NCBI RefSeq assembly: GCF_010367435.1
Contig: NZ_WJWY01000005.1
Location: forward strand, 1 to 64,000
Source: Fusobacterium sp. IOR10
GTDB lineage: Bacteria; Fusobacteriota; Fusobacteriia; Fusobacteriales; Fusobacteriaceae
Direction: 5' to 3'
Length of the DNA: 64,000 nt
Both the position numbers and the translations under genes were made by a program. Of this stretch, positions 49,053 through 57,945 are shown piece by piece. Each line of letters starts with the position of its first letter. Within the stretch, counting starts at the first letter, position 1. The notes beneath the pieces were generated by a model. The model was given only the letters and a program-made list of their open reading frames with translations. It was not told the origin of the DNA and did no database searches.

Positions 49053-51155
49053 TTATTTCCCCTCTTGTGTTAATGTTTTATTTTCAATATTTCTTATTGC
49101 ATTTCTAGAAAAAACCAATGTTTCAAGTAGGGAATTACTAGCCAACCTATTTTCCCCATGCACACCATTACAGCTAGTTTCCCCAACTGCATATAAGTTT
49201 GACATTGATGTTTTACTATTTAAATCAACTTCTATTCCCCCCATAAAATAATGCTGAGCTGGAACCACTGGTATTAATTCTTTATTTGGATCATAGCCTT
49301 CCTCTTTACATTTTTTCAATATATTTGGGAATCTTTCCTCTAAATTTATACCTCTTTTTTTTATTGGTCTCATATCTAACCACACATGTTTTGAATTATC
49401 TTTCTCCATTTGAGCTAAAATTTCCTTTGTAACATAGTCCCTTGGCATAAGCTCATCTACAAATCTATTTCCCTGTGCATTATAAAGAAGGGCTCCTTCA
49501 CCTCTTACAGATTCTGAAATTAAAAATCTTCTCCCCTTGCTTTTAGAGTATAAAGTTGTTGGATGAACTTGAATATAGTCTAAATTTTTTAATTTGATAT
49601 TGTTTTTTTCAGAAATTTTTATTCCATCCCCTGTTAAATGAGGATAATTAGTTGAATTTTCAAAATTTCCCCCTATTCCCCCACAGGCTAATATAACATT
49701 TTTAGAATATACCCTGTGAATTTTATTCTTTGTATCTTTTAATATGGCACCATAACATGCATTGTCATTTGAAATTATATCAACCAAAGTTGTATTTTCT
49801 AATATTAGAGTATTTTCTCTCTTCTTTACATTTTTAAGTAGTTTCCTTGTTATTTCCTTTCCAGTTATATCCTCATGGTAAAGTATTCTAGCCTTTGAAT
49901 GGGCACCTTCCCTTGTATATGCAAACTTCCCATTAACTTTTTTAAAATCTACACCGTAGGATACTAAATCTTCTATTATTTTAGGGGAGTTTTCTATCAT
50001 TTCTTTCACTGAATCCCTATTGTTTTTATAATGCCCAGCCTTCATAGTATCTTGAAAGAAACTGTCATAGTCCTTTTCATCCCTTAAAACACAAATTCCC
50101 CCTTGGGCCAAATAAGAGTCACTTTCTTCTAACTTAGCTTTGGTTATCATTAATATTTTCTTGTTTTCACTGGAATTTAAAACTGAGTAACAACCTCCAA
50201 CACCTGTTCCCACAACTATTAAATCATACTCCTCTGTGAATATGTTTTTTTCCCCTAGTTCTAACATTTTTTCTAGGGATAAGGATGCTTTTTCTATAGT
50301 TTCCCTTGGTAGTTCAACTTTTAAATCTTCATTTTCCAATACACTTAATAATTTATCCACTGTGATTTTTTTCATGTTTTTGCAATAAAAATCTTCCTTA
50401 ACTAAATGAAATTTTTTATTAGGAGCTTTTTCATTTAACTTATACAATATCCCTGCCTCTGTTCCTATTATAAATTCTTCATATGGGGAAGTAGCAGCAT
50501 AATCAATAATTCCAGAAGTACTTCCAATATAATCTGCTAGCTCTAAAATTTCATATTCACATTCAGGATGAGCTAAAAATTTAGCCATTGGATATTTCTT
50601 TTTCATATGTAATACTTGATCTTTTAAAACACTTGCGTGAACTATACAATAGCCTTCATTAAATATGAAATTTTTATCTGGTATTTTCTTTGACAAATAA
50701 GTTCCTAAATTTTTATCTGGTATGAAATATATATTTTTATTAGGTAAGGATCTAATTATAGTTTCTGCATTGGAAGAAGTTACGCAAACATCAACTAAAG
50801 CCTTTGTTTCAGCTGTTGAATTTATATAACAAACAACAGCTAAATCCTCATATTTATTTCTCATTTTTGTTATTTCATCCCTATCAACCATATGTGCCAT
50901 TGGACAATTAGCCTCTATTTCTGGAATATATATTGTTTTTTCTGGACTCAATATTTTAGCACTTTCACCCATGAAAGAAACTCCACAAAATACTATTTTA
51001 TCTTCCTTTAACTCCTTGGCAATCTTACTAAGATAAAAGGAATCTCCAATATAATCTGCAATTTTTTGGATCTCTTCATCCACATAATAATGGGCTAATA
51101 TTACAATACCCTTTTCTTTTTTTAATCTCCTAATCTTTTCAAGTTTCATATCCAT
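49053..51155 (-). CDS. Bifunctional fusion: quinolinate synthase NadA (N-terminal ~305 aa) and L-aspartate oxidase NadB (C-terminal ~395 aa)
   Basis: 700 aa. The N-terminus aligns with NadA (GIVILAHYYVDEEIQKIADYIGDSFYL...NCPMAHM...CYINSTAETKA...HPEC...). From ~residue 306 comes EYDLIVVGTGVGG...AQGGI..., the FAD-binding L-aspartate oxidase fold, with no intervening stop. Confidence 0.75.
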   Translation of the reverse strand: MDMKLEKIRRLKKEKGIVILAHYYVDEEIQKIADYIGDSFYLSKIAKELKEDKIVFCGVSFMGESAKILSPEKTIYIPEIEANCPMAHMVDRDEITKMRNKYEDLAVVCYINSTAETKALVDVCVTSSNAETIIRSLPNKNIYFIPDKNLGTYLSKKIPDKNFIFNEGYCIVHASVLKDQVLHMKKKYPMAKFLAHPECEYEILELADYIGSTSGIIDYAATSPYEEFIIGTEAGILYKLNEKAPNKKFHLVKEDFYCKNMKKITVDKLLSVLENEDLKVELPRETIEKASLSLEKMLELGEKNIFTEEYDLIVVGTGVGGCYSVLNSSENKKILMITKAKLEESDSYLAQGGICVLRDEKDYDSFFQDTMKAGHYKNNRDSVKEMIENSPKIIEDLVSYGVDFKKVNGKFAYTREGAHSKARILYHEDITGKEITRKLLKNVKKRENTLILENTTLVDIISNDNACYGAILKDTKNKIHRVYSKNVILACGGIGGNFENSTNYPHLTGDGIKISEKNNIKLKNLDYIQVHPTTLYSKSKGRRFLISESVRGEGALLYNAQGNRFVDELMPRDYVTKEILAQMEKDNSKHVWLDMRPIKKRGINLEERFPNILKKCKEEGYDPNKELIPVVPAQHYFMGGIEVDLNSKTSMSNLYAVGETSCNGVHGENRLASNSLLETLVFSRNAIRNIENKTLTQEGK

Positions 51156-51192
51156 TTAAATCTACCCTCCACTTTCCATTGTTTTGTGAGTA

Positions 51193-51224
51193 TACATGTG
51201 TCTTGTCACAAACTGAGTATAGCA
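51193..51224. promoter_or_regulatory. Dyad-symmetry element (TTGTGA-N16-TCACAA; inner TGTGTCTTGTCACA) upstream of the nad operon; candidate NiaR operator
   Basis: The only strong dyad in the 140-bp nad promoter region, and NiaR is encoded in the operon. The motif assignment is inference. Confidence 0.3.
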
Positions 51225-51244
51225 TATTTATTTTTTTTTATCAA

Positions 51245-51275
51245 TATGAAAAAAACACCCCTAAGGGTGTTTTCC
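51245..51275 (-). terminator. Rho-independent terminator for the Met-rich lipoprotein gene
   Basis: aaaacaccc-ctaa-gggtgtttt hairpin, followed on the minus strand by a U7 tract. Confidence 0.55.
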
Positions 51276-51298
51276 ATTATTATATTTAAATTTTATTT

Positions 51299-51604
51299 TT
51301 AATATCCAGCTTTATAAACTTTTCCATCTTTCATCATTACTTCAGACATTGTTCCATTGTCATCCATCATCATTTTTCCATCTTTCATCATTACCTTATG
51401 CATCATTCCATCTTTGTCTTTAACCATCATCATTTTCCCATCTTGCATCATCATTTTGCTGTCTTTAACCATCATCATTTGACCACTTTGATCCTTCATC
51501 ATCATTGTTCCTAATTCTTCTTTATCATTATTATACATATTAGAACAACCAACTAAAAGAAAAGCTACAAATATTCCCAAACCTAACATTTTACTTTTTT
51601 TCAT
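51299..51604 (-). CDS. Met-rich MXKDX-repeat lipoprotein (putative Cu(I)/Ag(I)-binding periplasmic protein)
   Basis: The true start is likely 51604 (GGAGGG RBS; MKKSKMLGLGIFVAFLLVGCSN with a lipobox). The mature protein is about 80 aa with 8 tandem MM(M)xKDx repeats. The 33-aa N-terminal extension in the ORF track is probably not translated. Confidence 0.65.
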   Translation of the reverse strand: MKKSKMLGLGIFVAFLLVGCSNMYNNDKEELGTMMMKDQSGQMMMVKDSKMMMQDGKMMMVKDKDGMMHKVMMKDGKMMMDDNGTMSEVMMKDGKVYKAGY

Positions 51605-51739
51605 ATTTTCCCTCCTATTAAATAAATAATAAAAAATAATTAAACGGAGTGCAATGTTAATGCTCTTCAGTTTGAGTATATAACCAGTATATGATTTTGT
51701 CAAATGAATTATGGTTATTTGTACTTGTTTCTTTCAATT

Positions 51740-52753
51740 TTATTTAATTCTTTCTATTTCCACTTGTACTTTTTTGCCTTGAAGTACTATTGAGTAGACT
51801 TTTTTCTTACCTTCTATTTCATAGGAATTTTCACTATTAATTAACTCATCATTTTCCCTCATTAATCTAATAGCTTCATTTTCAAAAACCTCTTTAAATC
51901 TTACCTTTGTTCCAGGTTTACCTTGGGCTAATTTTGGTAAATCAACTGATATTACATTACCAATTTTAGTATATCCCCCTGTTGTTTGTCTATCTGCCAT
52001 CATTATTATTGGTTGACCGTTTCCAGGAATTTGTATAGCTCCAAATGTTATACCATCTGAAATTATATCTGCTCCCTTAATATGCTCAACCTCTGCACCT
52101 GCTAATCTAATTCCCATTCTATCCCCATCTTGGGTAGTTGTATATGTCTCATTAAAGAAAGTTTTAATACCAGCATCTGTGAAATAATCACATTGTTGTC
52201 CTAATATAACTCTAACTTCTATTTCCCCTGAATTTTGTGGAATAAGGTTTTCATCTAACTTCATTATTTCTGTTTTGGCTAAATTTTCAAAGGAACATAT
52301 TACATCATTTACCATAAGTTTTCTTCCTTTAAATCCACCAATTTTCGCCTTTAAATTAGTTGATCTACTGTTCATTACAACTGGTACATCTATTCCCCCT
52401 GAAAAAGCAATATAGTTTCTAAGACCAGATTTACAAAATCCCATCTTTAAAATGTCCCCTGCTTTAACACTGTGAGATTTCCACAACTCTATTTTTTCCC
52501 CATTTAAAAATACATCACATTGTCCACCTGTTACAGAGATCATAGTATCTGTTAAAAATTTCCCTGAAATACCCTTTAATGTAGTTTCTATAACTGCAGC
52601 ACCTTCATTATTTCCAACTAACTTATTTCCTATTTTAGCAGCATACTCATCCATAACACCAGAACATGAAACTCCATATCTTTGGTATCCATATCTTCCT
52701 AAATCTTGAATAGAACTTAAAAGTCCACTATCTGTAATTTTTAAAGTTTCCAT
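51740..52753 (-). CDS. pxpC: 5-oxoprolinase subunit C (biotin-independent carboxyltransferase-like; KipA/allophanate hydrolase subunit 2 family)
   Basis: 337 aa; KipA-family pattern with the conserved cyclophilin-like C-terminal region. Confidence 0.75.
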   Translation of the reverse strand: METLKITDSGLLSSIQDLGRYGYQRYGVSCSGVMDEYAAKIGNKLVGNNEGAAVIETTLKGISGKFLTDTMISVTGGQCDVFLNGEKIELWKSHSVKAGDILKMGFCKSGLRNYIAFSGGIDVPVVMNSRSTNLKAKIGGFKGRKLMVNDVICSFENLAKTEIMKLDENLIPQNSGEIEVRVILGQQCDYFTDAGIKTFFNETYTTTQDGDRMGIRLAGAEVEHIKGADIISDGITFGAIQIPGNGQPIIMMADRQTTGGYTKIGNVISVDLPKLAQGKPGTKVRFKEVFENEAIRLMRENDELINSENSYEIEGKKKVYSIVLQGKKVQVEIERIK

Positions 52754-53454
52754 TAGTCCTCCTTCCCTTTTAATTTCAAGTACTCTTCCTCTGTTACAGA
52801 AACAAATTTAATGTATTGACCTGCTTTTAAAAGAAAAGGCTTATCACTATTTGGATTGAAGAAATTAAGAGGAGATCTTCCTAGCAACTGCCAACCTCCA
52901 GGGCTTTCTATTGGATAAACTCCTGTTTGTTCCCCTGCTATTCCAACTGATCCTGCAGGAATCTTTGTTCTTGGTTCCTTAAGTCTTGGTGTTGCAATTT
53001 TCTTAGACATTCCCCCTAAATATGGGAATCCTGGTGTGAACCCTAACATATATACTAAGTATTCCCCTGAAGTATGGATTTTTATAACCTCTTCTGTTGT
53101 TATATTGTTATGTTTAGCAATATTTTCAAGGTCAGGTCCGTACTCTCCACCATAAAGCACAGGTATTTCAACTATTTCTTTTTCTATTTCATCTATTTTT
53201 TCATTTTCAAAATTACAATTTTCTTCAACTATATTTTTTATTTCATCAAAGGAAACCAACAAGGGATTGTAATAAACTATTATAGATCTATATGTTGGTA
53301 ACAAATCCTTAATTCCTTGTTTATTTAAATTATCTAAAAATTCTGTTATTTTCTTTAGTTTAAAATTAATTACAGGAGATATTTCATTTCCTAGTTCTAT
53401 AACTAAAGCTGAATCTCCAGCCTTTAAAAATTTCATATTCTTCCCCCTAACCAA
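52753..53454 (-). CDS. pxpB: 5-oxoprolinase subunit B (KipI family)
   Basis: 233 aa; the start may be the internal Met at 53436 (MKFLKAGDSALVIELG...). KipI-type cyclophilin-like fold motifs. Confidence 0.75.
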   Translation of the reverse strand: MVRGKNMKFLKAGDSALVIELGNEISPVINFKLKKITEFLDNLNKQGIKDLLPTYRSIIVYYNPLLVSFDEIKNIVEENCNFENEKIDEIEKEIVEIPVLYGGEYGPDLENIAKHNNITTEEVIKIHTSGEYLVYMLGFTPGFPYLGGMSKKIATPRLKEPRTKIPAGSVGIAGEQTGVYPIESPGGWQLLGRSPLNFFNPNSDKPFLLKAGQYIKFVSVTEEEYLKLKGKED

Positions 53455-54655
53455 ATATTTTCATAATATTTTGTAAAGATAGCACTCCTGCATATCCACT
53501 TGCTACAACTACTATCCATCCTAAAACAGTTAGTAATTGAGAATGTTTGTATTCTCCAACTATTTCTTTCTTTTTAGAACCTAAAAGTATAACTCCTAAA
53601 GTTAAAGGTAAAATTAAACCATTTAAAGATCCTGCAAGAACAAGAAGTACAACTGGTTTTCCAATAAATGCCATTACAGCAGTTGAAAAAACAATAAATC
53701 CAATTATAAATTGTTTTTCATTGTTCATAACTGTTTTTGATAAAGTTTTTAAGAAAGAAACTGATGTATAAGCTGCTCCTACAATAGATGTTAAAGCTGC
53801 TGAGAATATTACTAGTCCAAATATTTTATAACCAACTATTCCTGCCCCTGCTTTAAAAGCTGATGCTGGTGGATTAGATGGATCTAATTTAAATCCTGTT
53901 GAAACAACTCCAAGTACTGCTAAAAATAGCATAACTCTAATTATTGATGCAACTGAAACACCTAAAATAGAACTTTGATTAATTTTCCCTAAGTTTTCAA
54001 TTCCCTTAGTATCTGCATCAACAAGTCTATGAGCCCCTGCAAATGTAATGTATCCTCCAATAGTACCACCTAGTAAAGTTATAATTGAAAAAGTAAGTGC
54101 CCCATAACTTTCAGGTAAAACTGCATCATGTAAAGCTCTTCCAACTGGAGGGTTTGAAGACACAGCAACATAGGTCATAACTATTATCATCATAGCTCCT
54201 AAAACCTTTGTAAGTCTATCCATTATATTACCCATATCTTTTTGTAAAAATACAAATGCTCCTAAAGCTCCTGAAATAAGAACTCCAACTGTTGTATTTA
54301 AACCAAATAAAACATTTAATCCTAGAGCTGCTCCTCCAATATTTCCTATATTAAAAGCAAGTCCACCTAATGCAACTAAAAATGCAACAACATATCCAAG
54401 TCCTGGAAGAACTTTATTTGCAATATCTTGTCCTCTCATTCCTGATACACAAATAACTCTCCAAATATTAAGTTGAATAATTATTGTAGCTATTGTTACC
54501 ATTAGTATAACAAAGGCAAAGTTAGATCCAAACTTTTCTGTAAATACTGCTGTTTGAGTTAAAAATCCAGGTCCTACTGCTGAAGTTGCCATAATAAAAG
54601 CTGCACCTATTATGGCTCCTTTTTTCTTTTTCTCTGATGTATTACTTTTTGTCAT
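53447..54655 (-). CDS. Nramp-related divalent metal cation transporter (YcsG-like, pxp-associated)
   Basis: 402 aa, about 11 TM; ...SAVGPGFLTQTA... in TM1 resembles the Nramp consensus. Embedded between pxpA and pxpB as in the B. subtilis ycsF-ycsG-...-kipI-kipA cluster. Confidence 0.55.
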   Translation of the reverse strand: MTKSNTSEKKKKGAIIGAAFIMATSAVGPGFLTQTAVFTEKFGSNFAFVILMVTIATIIIQLNIWRVICVSGMRGQDIANKVLPGLGYVVAFLVALGGLAFNIGNIGGAALGLNVLFGLNTTVGVLISGALGAFVFLQKDMGNIMDRLTKVLGAMMIIVMTYVAVSSNPPVGRALHDAVLPESYGALTFSIITLLGGTIGGYITFAGAHRLVDADTKGIENLGKINQSSILGVSVASIIRVMLFLAVLGVVSTGFKLDPSNPPASAFKAGAGIVGYKIFGLVIFSAALTSIVGAAYTSVSFLKTLSKTVMNNEKQFIIGFIVFSTAVMAFIGKPVVLLVLAGSLNGLILPLTLGVILLGSKKKEIVGEYKHSQLLTVLGWIVVVASGYAGVLSLQNIMKIFG

Positions 54656-54673
54656 TTGTATTCCTCCTATTTT

Positions 54674-55426
54674 TTATAAAGATGATATTTCTATACCTTC
54701 ATTTATTAATGCTTCCTTTATATTTTTAGCAAATTCCAAAGCTTCTGGGTTATCCCCATGTATACAAATTGATTCAACTGTTATGTCCACATCTTTTCCT
54801 GTTATACTTTCAACTTTTCCCTCTTTAACCATTCTTATAACTCTTTTTATTGCCACATCTTTATCATGTATTACTGCTCCTGGAAGAGATCTTGCAACTA
54901 AACTTCCATCATCATTGTAAGCTCTATCTGCAAAAACTTCATTTGCAACTTTAAGACCAACATCCTTTGCTGCTCTTATCATTTCACTATTTGCAAGTCC
55001 CATTAGCACTAAATTTTCATCCACTTCTTTTATCCCTTGGGCTATTGCTAGGGCAAGTTTATAGTCCTTTGCTGCCATATTATACATTGCTCCGTGGGGT
55101 TTAACATGTTGCATCCTAACTCCAGCTCCCTTTGTAAAGGCAAGTAAAGCACCAACTTGGTATTTAACATAAGTTTTAACTTCTTCAGGTGTAACATTTA
55201 AAGTTCTTCTTCCAAATCCAACTAAATCAGGATAACCTGGATGAGCACCAACTGCAACTCCATTTTTTTTAGCTAAAGCCACTGTTTTTTCCATAACCAT
55301 TGAATCTCCAGCATGCCATCCACAGGCAACGTTAGCAGAGGAAATATATTTCAAAACCTCTTGGTCCATCCCAATCTTATAAACTCCAAAACTTTCTCCT
55401 AGATCACTGTTTAAGTCAATTTTCAT
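54674..55426 (-). CDS. pxpA: 5-oxoprolinase subunit A (LamB/YcsF family)
   Basis: 250 aa; the [15 protein letters not shown]-terminus is diagnostic of LamB/YcsF. Confidence 0.85.
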   Translation of the reverse strand: MKIDLNSDLGESFGVYKIGMDQEVLKYISSANVACGWHAGDSMVMEKTVALAKKNGVAVGAHPGYPDLVGFGRRTLNVTPEEVKTYVKYQVGALLAFTKGAGVRMQHVKPHGAMYNMAAKDYKLALAIAQGIKEVDENLVLMGLANSEMIRAAKDVGLKVANEVFADRAYNDDGSLVARSLPGAVIHDKDVAIKRVIRMVKEGKVESITGKDVDITVESICIHGDNPEALEFAKNIKEALINEGIEISSL

Positions 55427-55541
55427 TTTGTAGCCCCCCTTAATCTTAATTTTAAATTAAATTTCCAATATTATACCATATAATTTTTAAATATAAACGT
55501 TTTTATTCATCAGTAATATATATGTCTTTCTAGAGCTTTCC

Positions 55542-56222
55542 CTAGACCAACCTATATGGAATAGAAAATATTTTATTTTCTGAATAAGTTACATTTTTCA
55601 AATTAAAAATTATTTGTTCCTTTAAAGTTTCAACAAAATTTGAAGGATAATATCCAGTTGAGGATTTTATAAAAGCATTTTTTTGAATAGAATCTGGATT
55701 AGACAATGGATAGAACCCAATTACAAAACATCCTAGTATCTCTATAAATTTTCTTATTTCTTTTGAATTAAGTTCTGGAAAGGCAGTTTGTACAACCTTT
55801 ACAAATTCACTCATAACTTCACTAAAACTCTCCTTAAACTCTATTAATTTTTCTTCAGAAACATTTTTTTCAAGAAAGGCATATAAAATTGAATAAAGCT
55901 TTAAAAACCTTTCATGTTCACTTATGGTTAATGCAAGTATATTGGCAAAATTTTCAACTTCCTTTGAGAATTTTTTACAAATCTTAACCTGTAAATCTCC
56001 CACTAACTGAGCAAATTCATCAGCTATAACAAGTAAATAGATCTCCTCCTTAGAAGAAACATATTTATAGAGATTCCCCCTTGTAAAATTAGTCTCTTTG
56101 GCTATTTCTGCCAAGGTAATGTCCAAATATTTACGCTTGTCAAATATCTTGATAGCTGCGTCTTTTATTTGTTTCACCCTTATTTTTCTTTGCTCCTCAT
56201 TTTTAACTCTCTCAAAATCCAT
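55542..56222 (-). CDS. TetR/AcrR family transcriptional regulator
   Basis: 226 aa; N-terminal HTH ...ITLAEIAKETNFTRGNLYKYVSSKEEIY.... Divergent from the hutD-hutG-gltS genes. Confidence 0.75.
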   Translation of the reverse strand: MDFERVKNEEQRKIRVKQIKDAAIKIFDKRKYLDITLAEIAKETNFTRGNLYKYVSSKEEIYLLVIADEFAQLVGDLQVKICKKFSKEVENFANILALTISEHERFLKLYSILYAFLEKNVSEEKLIEFKESFSEVMSEFVKVVQTAFPELNSKEIRKFIEILGCFVIGFYPLSNPDSIQKNAFIKSSTGYYPSNFVETLKEQIIFNLKNVTYSENKIFSIPYRLV

Positions 56223-56456
56223 ACATTACCCCTTGAATTTTCCCATTGTTTTATAATTCTAATCTTCACAATTATAGCACAAATGTTAAAATAAAAAAAG
56301 CATGTTTCTTATTAATACATAATATTTATTTTTTATATGTTATATCCCTGTTTTCTACATTTTTTTCTTGTTTTTTCCAAAATAAAATGCTATCATAAAA
56401 TAGTTAAGTGACACTGTGTTACTTAGAAGATTATTTTTCATAGGGAAGGTGGACAT

Positions 56457-57005
56457 ATGTTTAAGATAATACCTGGTAAAAAAGGGATTATAAGTAAATG
56501 GAGTGGTGGAATAACCAAAGAGCTATACATCTATCCTGAACATTGTGATTTTAAAAAAAGAGATTTTAAATTTAGAATTAGCACTGCTACAACTGAAGTT
56601 GAAGAAAGTACCTTTACAAAATTTAATAATATGAATAGGGTTATTTCTATTTTACAAGGTAAGATGAACTTAAAACATTTGGATCATGGTGAGGTTACAA
56701 TTGATCCCTATAAGATTCACAGATTCTCTGGAGATTGGACAACTTATTCCAAGGGAAGGGTAACTGATTTTAATTTAATTATAAACAACAATGGAAGGGG
56801 AGACTTTCATTTTAAAGAAATTTCACAAAATAATATAAATACCATTGATTCTAAAAATAACATATCCTTTATATATTGTATTTTAGGAAACATAAAAATT
56901 GGGGACCATGTACTTGACCCTGGGAGTATAGCTATTTTCAAAGGAGAGGTAATTAATTACACCTCCCTAGGGGCTAAATTATTTTATGGATATGTTGAAC
57001 TTTAA
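56457..57005 (+). CDS. hutD: HutD/Ves-family cupin protein
   Basis: 182 aa; size, all-beta composition and position ahead of hutG fit HutD. Assigned from context and weak motif recall. Confidence 0.45.
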   Translation: MFKIIPGKKGIISKWSGGITKELYIYPEHCDFKKRDFKFRISTATTEVEESTFTKFNNMNRVISILQGKMNLKHLDHGEVTIDPYKIHRFSGDWTTYSKGRVTDFNLIINNNGRGDFHFKEISQNNINTIDSKNNISFIYCILGNIKIGDHVLDPGSIAIFKGEVINYTSLGAKLFYGYVEL

Positions 57006-57023
57006 TTTTAAGGGGGAGAGATT

Positions 57024-57920
57024 ATGAAAACATTATGGAGCGGAAGATATGATGGAGATGAAGAAATAGATTTAAGACTGTGGCAAGTAATAAGGGAAGC
57101 AAAGGACATGAAGGAAAATTCTGGATATTGTTTCATTGGTTATGACACAGATGAAGGGGTTAGAAGAAATAATGGAAGAGTTGGAGCAAAGGATGGATCT
57201 GATTCAATTAGAAAGGCAATGGGTTCTTTTCCTAAAATAGATAATTTGGAAATTTATGATTTTGGAAATTTATCAAATAAAATCACAGAAGCTGCCCAAG
57301 AGGAATATTCAAATAAGGTAGCTGAAGTTATAAAGAAAGGAAATTTTCCAATTGGACTTGGAGGAGGACATGACATAGCCTATGGATCTTATCTTGGAAT
57401 AAGAAAGGCCTATCCTGATAAAAAAATAGGATTAATTAATTTTGACACTCACTTGGACATAAGACCATACTCTAAAGAAAGAACCTCTGGAACTTCCTTT
57501 AAGGAAATTCTAGACCATGACAACAATGTTTTATATTCAATTGTTGGATATAAAAGTATCGGAAATACAAAACGTTTAATTGAAACAGCTAAAGAATTTA
57601 ATACTTTAATTTTAGATGAAAACCAAAGGGAAGATTTTATTATTGAAAGTTTGAAAAAATATTGTGATAGTGTTGACATTGTCTATGTAACTTTTTGTGT
57701 TGATGTTTTTGATGCAAATTACGCACCTGGAGTTTCTGCTCCAACAGTTTTAGGTTTGGATCCTAGAAAGGGAGAGAGAATCTTTCAAGAAATTCTAAAA
57801 ACTAAAAAGGTTGTTTGTGTTGACTTTGCTGAAGTTAATCCAGTTTATGACATTGATAAGAAAACTGCTAAATTAGTTGGGGTTTTAATCTATAATATGA
57901 TGTTAAATTCCAAAAAATAA
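57024..57920 (+). CDS. hutG: Formimidoylglutamase (arginase/ureohydrolase family)
   Basis: 298 aa; Mn-binding arginase-family motifs GGGHD, DTHLD, and D..D in VDFAEVNPVYD. Confidence 0.75.
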   Translation: MKTLWSGRYDGDEEIDLRLWQVIREAKDMKENSGYCFIGYDTDEGVRRNNGRVGAKDGSDSIRKAMGSFPKIDNLEIYDFGNLSNKITEAAQEEYSNKVAEVIKKGNFPIGLGGGHDIAYGSYLGIRKAYPDKKIGLINFDTHLDIRPYSKERTSGTSFKEILDHDNNVLYSIVGYKSIGNTKRLIETAKEFNTLILDENQREDFIIESLKKYCDSVDIVYVTFCVDVFDANYAPGVSAPTVLGLDPRKGERIFQEILKTKKVVCVDFAEVNPVYDIDKKTAKLVGVLIYNMMLNSKK

Positions 57921-57945
57921 ATAATTTAAGTTTAGAGGGGGACAA

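Noticed and set aside
51605-51703. N-terminal 33-aa extension of the Met-rich lipoprotein ORF (MTKSYTGYILKLKSINIALRLIIFYYLFNRREN)
   Set aside because: It has no RBS and precedes a perfect RBS-plus-signal-peptide start. Its inclusion would bury the lipobox signal peptide internally.
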